Source of the DNA: a virus
Lineage: Duplodnaviria; Caudoviricetes
DNA: 64,000 bases
IMG/VR virus record: IMGVR_UViG_3300021411_000005
Span: 11,909-75,908 of that record
Reading direction: 5' to 3' (one strand)
Numbering within the stretch: the stretch's first letter is position 1; each line of letters opens with the position of its first letter. The notes below the pieces were generated by a model. It did no database searches. It saw nothing but the letters and a program-made list of their open reading frames with translations, and was not told the origin of the DNA. Positions 8,394 to 17,542 of this stretch are shown piece by piece. The translations under genes and the position numbers were made by a program.

Positions 8394-9146
8394 TCAGGAG
8401 GTCCGGCCCTCCAGGAACCGCTGAACGGTGTAGAGCCGGAACAGGTCGGCCGGGGTGACGTCTCCCTCCCACCGGCCGTCCGTGAACAGGTGCCAGCCGC
8501 TGATGTCCGCGGCGCGGTCGGCAAGCTGGGAGCAGATCAGATGGCCGGAGGAGCGGATGTACCTCTTCAGGAGCGGCGTCGGGATGTGCGCCCGGTGCAG
8601 CGCCAGGGCTGCATAGTCGGCGACGCTGTACGGCGTCCCGCGCAGCTCCAGCGCGGCGGCTGCCACCGCCTGGCGCTTGTCCTCCGGGCAGCGCAGGTAC
8701 ACCGGCTCCAGGCCGTCGTAGCGGGACAGCGGGGAGAGCAGGGCACCGCCGGGCATGGCCTCTATGATTTCCGGCCCGGTGTTCCAGTCCTCCTCCGTCT
8801 GCGCACGGACCACGACGAAGGCGTGTTCGTAGTCCTCAAAGCCGTCTCCGTTCAGCCACTGGCCGAAGCGGATCAGGCGGCCGACCGTGCCAGGCATCCG
8901 GACGATGCCGATGTCCCCGGGCTGCGGGGCGTAGGGGCTGGCCATGGAGTTCTTCTTCCTTTCGGGTACGCACGGACCCGGGTGGTCCGGCGGGAGAACG
9001 CAGGACAGGCCGCTGCGCGGTCCGCGCCAGCGGTAGTTCGGCGTACGGCCGGAAGGATCCGCCGTCAGATCAGCGGGCAGGCACGGGCCGGAGTGGCCCG
9101 GGTCGCGCAAGACGCACACGATGTGCGAACCGTTCAGGTGCGGCAT
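8394..9146 (-). CDS. Permuted papain-like (NlpC/P60-related) amidase/peptidase; alternative start at 8945
   Basis: PGDIGIV...YEHAFVV...GTPYS...ICSQL (His before Cys); N-terminal extension with two C-x-L-x3/4-H-x-GPC units; both starts have an RBS. Confidence 0.7.
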   Translation of the reverse strand: MPHLNGSHIVCVLRDPGHSGPCLPADLTADPSGRTPNYRWRGPRSGLSCVLPPDHPGPCVPERKKNSMASPYAPQPGDIGIVRMPGTVGRLIRFGQWLNGDGFEDYEHAFVVVRAQTEEDWNTGPEIIEAMPGGALLSPLSRYDGLEPVYLRCPEDKRQAVAAAALELRGTPYSVADYAALALHRAHIPTPLLKRYIRSSGHLICSQLADRAADISGWHLFTDGRWEGDVTPADLFRLYTVQRFLEGRTS

Positions 9147-9170
9147 CCGTCCTCTTCCGGGAATGAGGCA

Positions 9171-9217
9171 GGGCCCGTGAGGTGAGGGTGTGGGACTTCA
9201 CCTCACGCCACGGGCCC
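9171..9217. terminator. Stable hairpin (terminator-like)
   Basis: GGGCCCGTG...CACGGGCCC enclosing GTGAGGTGA/TCACCTCAC, between two minus-strand genes. Confidence 0.45.
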
Positions 9218-9279
9218 CGGCTGAGCGGGTGATGCGATTTAGTTAAATCGGTTCGACTATACCGGCCTGGATCCGGCGG

Positions 9280-9741
9280 TCAAGACCCTGCGTCCCAGCG
9301 CGCCAGCGCGGCCTTGAACTCCGGGTCGTACTCCGCGGACTGCTCCAGTGCGCGCCGGACCACATGAGAGAGGAACCGGCGCCCGGTCTCCTCTGCCGTG
9401 CCGGACATCAGGAAGACGGCTTCGTAGGCGTCCCGGGCGCTCTGCCACTTGATCCGGTCGTCCTCCCCCGGAACATCGGACATGCCCACGTTGTAGATCA
9501 GGCACGGACCGCTCCCGGCGGATTCCCGGAAGACGCGGGTCTCGAACCACCGGCAGGCCGGGCACCTGCGCCGGTCGGGGACGAAGTTCCCGGGGTGGCT
9601 GTGGCTGTCGCTCCGGGTGGACGCGGCGCCGGTCAGCAGTCCCCGGAACTCGATACTGTCGGCGCCGCTGCTGACCGGCAGGACCCAGAGGTCCGTACGG
9701 CCCACGTCAGCCTCTTCGGGGTACTCCATCACAGCCGCCAT
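9280..9741 (-). CDS. Hypothetical protein with HxH...CxxC motif
   Basis: ATG with AGGGAG RBS; HSHPG...RCPACRWFE. Confidence 0.65.
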   Translation of the reverse strand: MAAVMEYPEEADVGRTDLWVLPVSSGADSIEFRGLLTGAASTRSDSHSHPGNFVPDRRRCPACRWFETRVFRESAGSGPCLIYNVGMSDVPGEDDRIKWQSARDAYEAVFLMSGTAEETGRRFLSHVVRRALEQSAEYDPEFKAALARWDAGS

Positions 9742-9785
9742 CTCCCTGGATCGTGATTTCCTCCCTTCAGTCAACCACGGAGGAT

Positions 9786-9989
9786 CTAGCCGGGCTGCTC
9801 CTGCTTCACCTCCTCCGGAAGGTCCGGCGTGACGCTGTCCGACGTCAGGTAGGCGTCCAGTGCCCACCGGACCACGACGGACGGGTCCACGCCGAACCTG
9901 GCCGCCACCCGGCCGATCTTCTCCTTCACCTCGGGACGAACCTTCGCGTGGACGTCCCCCGTGTACTTAGCTGTTCCTTTGAGTGCCAT
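9786..9989 (-). CDS. Ribbon-helix-helix DNA-binding protein
   Basis: DVHAKVRPEVKEKIGRVAARFGVDPSVVVRWALDAYL. Confidence 0.75.
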   Translation of the reverse strand: MALKGTAKYTGDVHAKVRPEVKEKIGRVAARFGVDPSVVVRWALDAYLTSDSVTPDLPEEVKQEQPG

Positions 9990-10039
9990 GGTGAAACAAT
10001 ACCCGAGAGATGTCCGGTTACGCCAGATCGGGAGACGTT

Positions 10040-10687
10040 ATGACACAAGAGCCAAGGGTCCTGGGACTGGACCTCTCCATCACCAGCACCGGGGTGTGCC
10101 GACCTGACGGGACCACGTTCCTGATCGTCCCGAAGAAGGTGACCGGGGACGCACGGATCAACTTCATCAGGGACGCCGTCCGCGGAGAGCTGACCGGCGT
10201 GGACGTGGCGGTCGTGGAGGACTTCCCCGCCATGCTCCAGGCGGCTGCGGCCAAGGCAATCGGGATCGTCCAGGGCGCCGTACGGTCGGCGCTGATGGAC
10301 GCAGGCGTCCCCTACGCCGTGGTGCCCCCCAGCACCCTGAAGAAGTACGCCACGGACAACGGGTCGTGCTCCAAGACGGACATGGCGCTGGCCGCGTACA
10401 AGCGCGGCGCGGTCGAGTTCGAGAAGGATCCGAACGGTGACCGGTGTGACGCCTGGTGGCTGTTCGTGGCCGGGCTGGACCGGTACGCAGCACACCCGCC
10501 GCTGGGCGGCCTGCCGAAAGGCCAGCGCGCCGCGCTGGACAAGGTGGACTGGCCGGAGCCGCGGCCGCGGCCGGATGACGGGATGACGGAGCAGGAGGTC
10601 CGGGAGGACGCCGGGTTCGGTCTTCCGGTGTGCCCGGCCTGCGAAGGCGACCCCTTCGCCGACCACCTGGAGGGCTGCGGAGCCTGA
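10040..10687 (+). CDS. ruvC: RuvC-like Holliday junction resolvase
   Basis: VLGLDLSITSTG, VAVVED, VPPSTLKKYATDNG, DRCDAWWL. Confidence 0.85.
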   Translation: MTQEPRVLGLDLSITSTGVCRPDGTTFLIVPKKVTGDARINFIRDAVRGELTGVDVAVVEDFPAMLQAAAAKAIGIVQGAVRSALMDAGVPYAVVPPSTLKKYATDNGSCSKTDMALAAYKRGAVEFEKDPNGDRCDAWWLFVAGLDRYAAHPPLGGLPKGQRAALDKVDWPEPRPRPDDGMTEQEVREDAGFGLPVCPACEGDPFADHLEGCGA

Positions 10688-10696
10688 GCACGCGGA

Positions 10697-10731
10697 AGGG
10701 CCCCGCACCAGCCGATCCGGTGCGGGGCCCT
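10697..10731. terminator. Bidirectional intrinsic terminator
   Basis: 13-bp stem AGGGCCCCGCACC/GGTGCGGGGCCCT between convergent genes. Confidence 0.75.
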
Positions 10732-10750
10732 CCGTCTGCGGTGGAGCAGG

Positions 10751-11329
10751 TCACTCCGCGTCGGCGAAGGGGTCCTCCTCCATCAGCGCGTCCGCGGCCT
10801 TGGCGTTGTCGGACGCCTTGGTCCACACCGCGGTGAAGTTGTGGGAGGCGAACTCCGCGCCCTTCCTGACACTGCTCTGGGTCCGGGTGACCGAGATGTA
10901 CGCACCCTTCTCCAGCTTGCCCCCGGCCTCCTTCTTCGCCTTGTTGATCGCGGTCTGAAGGTTGCCCTTGACGTACAGGGTCCGCATGCCGTCGTCCTCC
11001 TCCAGGGGGACGGGGATGTACTCCTTCGTCTCCCAGGTCTCGAACGTGGCCTCCGACTGGACTTCCAGGAGGAGCTGCATCACCGGGTTCTTGCGGCTGT
11101 CGGTCGGCCGCATCTCGTTCTCCAGCTTGCGCTTCTTGCCGACCCAGAAGAGCAGCTCACCGGTCTTCATGTCGGTCTGCTGCCGCATGCTCCAGCCGGT
11201 GATGGTGCCCTCGAACGTGTACCCCACCTTCGGGAACTTCGCGGAGATGGAGCCCCCGCCGGAGAGGAAGCTCTCCGCGTCCCTGGTTTCGTCGTCGTCC
11301 GTTCCGTTGCCGAACGGGTCAACTGCCAT
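10751..11329 (-). CDS. Single-stranded DNA-binding protein-like
   Basis: Beta-rich actinophage-type sequence (SAKFPKVG...DDGMRTLYVKG) with acidic tail EEDPFADAE, next to an exonuclease. Confidence 0.6.
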   Translation of the reverse strand: MAVDPFGNGTDDDETRDAESFLSGGGSISAKFPKVGYTFEGTITGWSMRQQTDMKTGELLFWVGKKRKLENEMRPTDSRKNPVMQLLLEVQSEATFETWETKEYIPVPLEEDDGMRTLYVKGNLQTAINKAKKEAGGKLEKGAYISVTRTQSSVRKGAEFASHNFTAVWTKASDNAKAADALMEEDPFADAE

Positions 11330-11481
11330 GTCTGTGATCCTTTGTTCGTGTGTACCTGTGTCGGGGTGGGAGGACCGGCCCGGTACAGCCGTGTCTCCGG
11401 GAGTGGCCTGGCAAGGCTGCTCCGGTCCTCCGGTGGTGCGCTGGCCAGTCTACCGGTTTTCGTTCGACCGGTCCATCTATG

Positions 11482-14154
11482 TCAGAAGGGAATCAGAGCG
11501 CTCTGCCCGATCTTGATCAGCTCCAGGATGCGGGCCTTCCCGACCTCCTCCTCATGCTTCCTGACCTCCCGGTACAGCGCGGACGCCTCCGCCTTGTCCT
11601 TCACCGCGGCAAAGCGGTCCTCCCAGGTCGGCTCCGGCGGAGCGGCCGGTGCGGAAGCCGCCTTGATGGCCTCCTTCCCGATGCCGACCAGATCGGCCAG
11701 CCGGGTGGGGGTGATGCTGCTGTCGGCCTTCGCCTGCCGGTACAGATCCAGCGCCCCGGCCCTGTCCTTCACCACGCCGAAGCGCTGCTCCCAGGTGACC
11801 ACTGGCGGGGCCGCAGGTGTCTGGGGGTCCTTCGCCAGAGCCGGAGTGTCCTCCTCCAGGCCGATGGCTTTCCGGCCGATAGCCTTCAGGTCGGCCAGCC
11901 GCTCCGGGGAGAGCCCGGCCGATTCGGCTTTCTTGTACATCCGGAACAGGTCCCCGCCCTCCCGGCAGGCGGAGAAGCGGTCCTCCCAGGTCGGGTCCGG
12001 CAGCTTGACCCGCTCCGGCGACGGCAGCGGGACGTCCACGGCAGCGCGCTCCAGCGCCTTCTTCGCCACGCCGACCAGCCTCTTCAGCTCCGCAGCCGGA
12101 AGTTTGTCCTTGAACTCCTGGTAGAGCGCGGACGCCTCCGCCTTGGTGGTGACCGCGTCGAACCGGTCCTCCAGGACCGGCCAGGGATCAGCGGCCATGT
12201 CCTGTTCCAGCGCGACCGCGGCGGCCGACGGCTCCGGCTGGTCGCAGAAGACGCAGAACGACCCGCTGTGCCCGTTGCCGTCGTCCAGGTATTCGTACCT
12301 GCACGGTTCCGGAGCAGCGGGGCAGAGCTGCTGGCCGGGCTCTTCGTCCTGGAGATCGGCGCCTCCGGCGGACCCGTGCGCGTTGGCCAGGACGTCCGCA
12401 GCGGACCGGCCGCCCTTCTTCACCGACGGGTGGCCGCTGTCCATCTGCGCGGCCGACGGCCTGGCGTAGCCCTCCGGACCGGTGGCCGCCGTGGCCAGCG
12501 CCCGGTCCAGGACGACCGTGGACACGGTGGGAGTCTTGGTCCTCTGCCAGTCGGAGATCCGCTGGCAGAGCTGTGCGCCTTCCCAGCCCTTGGCGATGTC
12601 CACGGCGTACAGGAGGCAGCGTTCCTCCCCGTACGGCATGTGCATCACGATGGCCACATCGTTACGGACCTCCGGGACAGCCGGTCCGGGCGGGTTATCG
12701 GTGTCGTGCCGCTGCCAGGACCACTTCACCGGACGGCCGACCGGCACCGCGATACCGGCGGTGTTCACGCCGTTGGCGTAGAGCGCCAACTGGATGATGA
12801 TCTCCATCCAGTTGTAGTCCAGGTCCGCGCCGGTCTTCACGTCACCGATGACGTGGTCCCCGGCTTTCAGGTCAATGAAGTTGCCCGTACCGGCCTCCAC
12901 GGTCACGTCCCGGACCACCTTCAGGATCCGGTCGAACGTCCCGACCACACCCAGTTCCAGCACCGCGGTGGACCGCTCGATCAGGTGCTCCACCACAGCG
13001 AACGGGGAGGTCTCCATGCGGTTCCGGTAGGCGACCACGTCACGGACGAATTCGTCCGGGATCTCCTCCAGCGCCTGAGTGCCTTCGTCGGCCTTCTCGG
13101 TGTGCGTGTGAAGGATGGTCCCCTTGTTGGCCCGGGTGCTGGCACCGGCCGCGGTCTTGGCCCGGTCCACCAGCCGGTTCAGTGCCTCGCGCCGGGACTT
13201 GGCCAGTTCGTACGGAGCCTGTCCGTTCTCCCGGCCGTCCTTGACGATCTCCCGGGCCTTGCGCCCCAGCTCCAGATCGGAGACCAGGCCCAGCACGGTC
13301 ATCCGGTTGCCCCACAGCTCCAGCGCGAACCGGTCGGACGCTTTCTTCACGAAGTTCGTTGCCCGGGTGGCGGTCCACTTCTTCCCGGTGTGCGGGTTCG
13401 GAGCGTGGTAACGGCCGTTGACGACGCGCAGCTTCGGGCGCAGGAGCGGCTTGTCCTGCTCCGCGTCGGAGTCCCCGCAGCAGTCCTCTCCCTCCCAGCC
13501 GCCGGAACCGTCGGCGCGGATCTGGTCGCCTTCGTCAAAGTGGTCACCGCAGGAGGAGCACGATCCGTCGTAGCGGGCGGGGAAATACGGCGGGTCGTCC
13601 TCCTCTTCGTCGTCGTCACCGCCGGGCCCGCCGTTGCCGTCCAGGAACGCGTCAGCGTCGCCTCCGCTGGCTCCGGAGCTGCCGGACGGCCCGCCATTCA
13701 GGAACGCCTCTGCGGGGTCCTCTGCGGCCTGCTCAGGCTCCGCGGCGGGGTCCTGCGCCCGCAGCCGCTCCGTACGGCCGGGCGCATTTTCCGCGGGAGT
13801 CCCCGGCTGCCCGGTGCGCGCCTGCGCGTCGGTGACCGGCGCCCGGTGCGGGTTGGGGCCGCCGTGGTCCGGCCGCGTGCCGTACTTCGTGGCCCGGTCA
13901 ATGATCTCCTCCGCGGCGGCCGTCACGTCGGCCGGTGCGTCCGGTGCGGCCAGCGCGGTGTTGGCGTCCCGGAACTCACGGGCGTACGGGCGCAGATCCC
14001 CGGTGGCCTCCTCCGCGCCCTTCGGCAGGTCACTGCCTCCGGCGCACCGGTTGTCCCGCGGTCCGTGCGTACGGATCCGTCCGTTGGCGGTCAGGGCGCA
14101 GTCCGCATCGCAGACCTGGCACTTCCCCCGGCCGAAGTCCTGTCGTGCTGCCAT
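11482..14154 (-). CDS. Multidomain PD-(D/E)xK (RecE/Cas4-like) exonuclease with Zn-binding modules and four C-terminal helical repeats
   Basis: GTFDRIL...GDVKTG...QLALYA; CQVC, CSSC...CC and C..CVFC modules; repeats beginning (W)EDRF. Confidence 0.75.
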   Translation of the reverse strand: MAARQDFGRGKCQVCDADCALTANGRIRTHGPRDNRCAGGSDLPKGAEEATGDLRPYAREFRDANTALAAPDAPADVTAAAEEIIDRATKYGTRPDHGGPNPHRAPVTDAQARTGQPGTPAENAPGRTERLRAQDPAAEPEQAAEDPAEAFLNGGPSGSSGASGGDADAFLDGNGGPGGDDDEEEDDPPYFPARYDGSCSSCGDHFDEGDQIRADGSGGWEGEDCCGDSDAEQDKPLLRPKLRVVNGRYHAPNPHTGKKWTATRATNFVKKASDRFALELWGNRMTVLGLVSDLELGRKAREIVKDGRENGQAPYELAKSRREALNRLVDRAKTAAGASTRANKGTILHTHTEKADEGTQALEEIPDEFVRDVVAYRNRMETSPFAVVEHLIERSTAVLELGVVGTFDRILKVVRDVTVEAGTGNFIDLKAGDHVIGDVKTGADLDYNWMEIIIQLALYANGVNTAGIAVPVGRPVKWSWQRHDTDNPPGPAVPEVRNDVAIVMHMPYGEERCLLYAVDIAKGWEGAQLCQRISDWQRTKTPTVSTVVLDRALATAATGPEGYARPSAAQMDSGHPSVKKGGRSAADVLANAHGSAGGADLQDEEPGQQLCPAAPEPCRYEYLDDGNGHSGSFCVFCDQPEPSAAAVALEQDMAADPWPVLEDRFDAVTTKAEASALYQEFKDKLPAAELKRLVGVAKKALERAAVDVPLPSPERVKLPDPTWEDRFSACREGGDLFRMYKKAESAGLSPERLADLKAIGRKAIGLEEDTPALAKDPQTPAAPPVVTWEQRFGVVKDRAGALDLYRQAKADSSITPTRLADLVGIGKEAIKAASAPAAPPEPTWEDRFAAVKDKAEASALYREVRKHEEEVGKARILELIKIGQSALIPF

Positions 14155-14173
14155 CGTTTCCTTCTTTCCTTGA

Positions 14174-14686
14174 TCAGTTGTCGGTGTCGTGGTGCAGCCG
14201 GTTGCGCAGCCGCCGTTCCACGTCGCGCAGTGCGGTGTTCTGGGAGGGAAGCGTATCCGCCAGGTCCGACAGGATGTCGGCCAGCTCCTGGCGGACCACC
14301 CGGCGGATCAGCGCGGACTGCCGACGGCCCCGCTCCTGGTCCGCGCGCTGCTCCACGTAGTGGCGGTGGAGCAGGGATTCGTTCCGGATCTGTTCCTCCG
14401 TACGGAACCTGACCACCGCGTCCGTCACCCGGATGTCCACCTGGGACTGGTCGGTCCCGGGGAAGAACGTCCGCATGATCCAGGCTGCACTGACGTCCCC
14501 CTGCAACCGGGCCGCAGCCTGGCTGATGTCCTCCGTGGGGAAGCTGTAGCGGAAGGTCCGGTTCTGGGTGCAGTAGGCAGCTTTCCCGGCAGGAAGGGTT
14601 CTCCGGACGTCACTCATCAGGACTTCATCCGCGTCCGCGTCCATGTCCACGCCCCGGAACTCGATGCTGACGTCGTAGAAGGGCAT
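14174..14686 (-). CDS. Hypothetical protein
   Basis: ORF track, 170 aa, in operon. Confidence 0.65.
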   Translation of the reverse strand: MPFYDVSIEFRGVDMDADADEVLMSDVRRTLPAGKAAYCTQNRTFRYSFPTEDISQAAARLQGDVSAAWIMRTFFPGTDQSQVDIRVTDAVVRFRTEEQIRNESLLHRHYVEQRADQERGRRQSALIRRVVRQELADILSDLADTLPSQNTALRDVERRLRNRLHHDTDN

Positions 14687-14688
14687 GA

Positions 14689-15120
14689 TCAGCCGGTCCT
14701 TTCGAGATCGGCCGGACGCAGCGCGCCGTCAGGCTTCCGGATCCGGTACGTTCCCCAGTCGGGCAGCGGGCCCGGAAGGCCCAGGAGCTGGGCCAGTACG
14801 GTGCAGTCCGCCAGGGCGGTCCCCAGCCGCTCCTTCAGCGGGTGCCGGACCGTGATCCCGGCGGCCGACACCGTGGCGGTATGGCCGGTCTCGCGCTCCT
14901 CCAGAATGGTGCTCACCGCGTCCGGCTCCGGGCACTTCAGGAAGGAGCAGGTGACGTATCCCCCGTCCCCCAGGAACAGGGTCTCCCCGCAGCCCATCGG
15001 GCAGCGGCCCTTTACCGGCTGGTATGCGCTCACGTCGGTCTCCTTCCGGCTGGCCAGCTCCTCCCGGACAATCCGGCGGATCCGGTGCTCCAGCAGTTCG
15101 TTCCGGTTCAGTGTTGTCAT
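14689..15120 (-). CDS. Cys-rich hypothetical protein
   Basis: GRCPMGCGETL...VTCSFLKCPEP. Confidence 0.65.
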   Translation of the reverse strand: MTTLNRNELLEHRIRRIVREELASRKETDVSAYQPVKGRCPMGCGETLFLGDGGYVTCSFLKCPEPDAVSTILEERETGHTATVSAAGITVRHPLKERLGTALADCTVLAQLLGLPGPLPDWGTYRIRKPDGALRPADLERTG

Positions 15121-15126
15121 CGGTCA

Positions 15127-16824
15127 TCACACCTTCGCCGCATGCGGATCGAGCGCCCGGGACGCCAGCTTCACGGCCATGGCGTCACTGATCACTCCCT
15201 GGGTCATGGCGTCGGTGACGCGCAGGCCCATGGACTTCGCCTTGGTCACCATCGCCCGGGGCGGGGTCCTCCTCCGCCAGGTGGCCTGGCGCTGGACTCC
15301 GAAGGACGCATGCTCCTCCGCTTCGGTCTCTGCCCAGGCAGTCGCCATGCCCAGTGACAGGCCCTTGTGGAGCCTCCGCGGCCGGGCCTGGGAAGTAACC
15401 CGCTCCGGCCAGCCGTAGACGTCCCAGGTACCGTTCTCGCGCGGCCAGAGCAGGACGAAGCCTCCGCCCACCGGGATGAACATCACCCCGCCCGCCGTAC
15501 GCAGCCAGACGTGGCTGGACGCGGTGAAGATGTCCAGGTCCCGGTGTTTGAGCAGGAAGGCAGTGTTCCCGGTGTGGTGCTCCACCCGGTCGGCGTGCTC
15601 CTCCTGCCGGATGTACGCCTCTGCCAGGGACTCCCCGTCGGCCGGTGCGGTGACCAGGCCGGGCTCCAGGTCTATCAGGGTGGAGATCCGGCCGCCGGTC
15701 CCGGCCAGGTCGATAACCAGCGCGTCGGTCTTGCCCGGCCACGGCCGGAGCACCCGGCCCACCATCTGGATGAACAGCGGTGCCGACTGGGTGGGGCGCG
15801 CGATCACCGCGCAGTCGGCCATGGGGAAGTCCGCGCCTTCGGTGAGGACCATGCAGTTGACCATGACCGTGATCCCGCCGGAGCGGAAGGCGGAGTAGAT
15901 GGCCAGCCGCTCCTCCCGGGGGGTCGCTCCCGAGACGGCCGCGCAGCGCACCCCGCGCTTGTCCAGCTCCCGGACGGTCTCCGCAGTGGTCGCCACGGTC
16001 GGCGTGAAGACGATGGTCCGGCGCTCCGGAGCGTGCTGGAGGACGGTCCGCGCGATCAGCGCGGGGCCGCCGGACTCCATCAGCGCGTCTCCGAGCGCCC
16101 CGGCCGCGTAGTCCCCGCCGGTCTTCTTCACCGACGCCAGGTCCATGCCGGACTCGATCTCCCGGCCGCGGACATCCACCAGGTGGCCCTGGCTGATCAT
16201 CCACAGCACCGACCGGCTGTAGACCACATCGTTCCAGACGTCTCCCAGGCCGACGCCGTCACCACGCTTCAGGGTGGCGGTGAAGCCGACGCACTTGGTC
16301 CCGGCGCGGTAGTCCTCTTCGTCGTCCTTCAGGCCGCTGTAGCACCCGAGCGCGGCCATGATGTCCCGGTAGCTCTTCGCGGTGGCGTGGTGGCATTCAT
16401 CCACGATCACCAGGCCGATCTCCCCCACCGCATCGGCCGCGTCCAGGAGCTGGCGCATCCGGCGCTCCCGGGCCAGCGTCTGGACCGAGCACACCATCAC
16501 GTCGGCTGTCACCTCGTTGTCGGCAGCCTTCACCTTGCCGATGACCAGGTCCGGCGCCGCGGTACGCAGCTTGTCGATGGCCTGGTCAGCCAGTTCGTCA
16601 CGGTGCACCAGGACCACGACCCGGTAGGGCCGCCCCCAGGATGCGTTCGTGGACGGTTTCCAGACCTCCACGAACTGGCGGATCAGGCCGGAGAAGACCA
16701 CGGTCTTCCCGGAGCCGGTCGGCAGGACGACGGCCGGGCGCTGCATGCCGCTGGCCCAGGCGGACCAGGCGGCGCCTACGGCCTCTTCCTGGTACTCCCG
16801 CAGGTGGATCCCGGTGGCTGTCAC
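15127..16824 (-). CDS. SF2 DEAD/DEAH-box helicase
   Basis: LREYQ, LPTGSGKT, VDECHH, GFTATL, QMVGRVLR. Confidence 0.92.
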   Translation of the reverse strand: MTATGIHLREYQEEAVGAAWSAWASGMQRPAVVLPTGSGKTVVFSGLIRQFVEVWKPSTNASWGRPYRVVVLVHRDELADQAIDKLRTAAPDLVIGKVKAADNEVTADVMVCSVQTLARERRMRQLLDAADAVGEIGLVIVDECHHATAKSYRDIMAALGCYSGLKDDEEDYRAGTKCVGFTATLKRGDGVGLGDVWNDVVYSRSVLWMISQGHLVDVRGREIESGMDLASVKKTGGDYAAGALGDALMESGGPALIARTVLQHAPERRTIVFTPTVATTAETVRELDKRGVRCAAVSGATPREERLAIYSAFRSGGITVMVNCMVLTEGADFPMADCAVIARPTQSAPLFIQMVGRVLRPWPGKTDALVIDLAGTGGRISTLIDLEPGLVTAPADGESLAEAYIRQEEHADRVEHHTGNTAFLLKHRDLDIFTASSHVWLRTAGGVMFIPVGGGFVLLWPRENGTWDVYGWPERVTSQARPRRLHKGLSLGMATAWAETEAEEHASFGVQRQATWRRRTPPRAMVTKAKSMGLRVTDAMTQGVISDAMAVKLASRALDPHAAKV

Positions 16825-17336
16825 CTCTGATCCTCCCAGCGGTCCGGCGCTGTGATGTTCGGACCGGTCGCCAGGTATCCGGTCAGGTGCCACCTGGCCC
16901 ACTCCGGGATCCTGTCGATACCCACGACAGCCAGCGCTTCGGCGAACAGGCGGTTGTCACCGGACGGGTCCTCCTCTTCGGTGAAGGAGAGGGGTCCGAT
17001 GCCTTCGTTTGCCAGTGCTGCGTCACACCGGATCAGGAGGTCCGCCACCGCAGAGGACATGGCCGGGCGCCGGACCGGTGTGTACGGCTCTGCCTTCCCC
17101 CGCGTGAGGATGCGGTGGACCAGGATCCAGCGCTGTGCCCCGCCGGGGTAGTCGGCCGTCCGCTTGTGCACGTCGATACGGCAGGACTCGATGTCCTGGT
17201 CCGTCGGCTGGGTCTTCCGCCGCGGGACGATGAAGGAGGACCAGTGCGAGTGCTCGAACCGGTAAACGGTCCCGTTGATAACCCGTTCCCGGTTTTCCTG
17301 GCGATGGGTGACATTCTTGTCCACTCCGGTGCTCAT
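16821..17336 (-). CDS. Hypothetical protein
   Basis: ATG overlapping the upstream stop; in operon. Confidence 0.55.
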   Translation of the reverse strand: MSTGVDKNVTHRQENRERVINGTVYRFEHSHWSSFIVPRRKTQPTDQDIESCRIDVHKRTADYPGGAQRWILVHRILTRGKAEPYTPVRRPAMSSAVADLLIRCDAALANEGIGPLSFTEEEDPSGDNRLFAEALAVVGIDRIPEWARWHLTGYLATGPNITAPDRWEDQR

Positions 17337-17542
17337 TCCCCCTCCTTCGTTTTCTTGTTGTAGGTGACGCCGACCGTGGATTCGGCCATTACCGTATGAC
17401 CAGTAATCCTGGCGTGCACCGCAGCAATTCCCATGGAATTGCGGGTGTCCGATTTCCACACGCATTCTGCGCACCACGCCTGGGCACCCAGCAGTCCCGA
17501 ATGCTTGGTCGGCGGGGTACCGCGGGTCCGCCGGGCCGCCAT
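17333..17542 (-). CDS. Small CxxC...H protein
   Basis: AWCAECVW...HARITGH; TGATG coupling. Confidence 0.55.
   Translation of the reverse strand: MAARRTRGTPPTKHSGLLGAQAWCAECVWKSDTRNSMGIAAVHARITGHTVMAESTVGVTYNKKTKEGE

Noticed and set aside
11360-11435. tRNA gene
   Set aside because: Has an acceptor-like stem but no D-loop, anticodon arm or TTC loop; no tRNA or rRNA was found elsewhere by eye
11482-14154. Cas4-like nuclease as evidence of CRISPR-Cas
   Set aside because: PD-(D/E)xK exonucleases next to SSB and helicase are ordinary phage recombination genes; no array or cas1
11350-14412. 1020-aa plus-strand ORF, and similar long ORFs such as 19984-21969 (-), 22288-24645 (-), 52493-54532 (-), 46498-48426 (-) and 42000-43823 (-)
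   Set aside because: Antisense shadows of real genes, expected in high-GC DNA; no recognisable motifs
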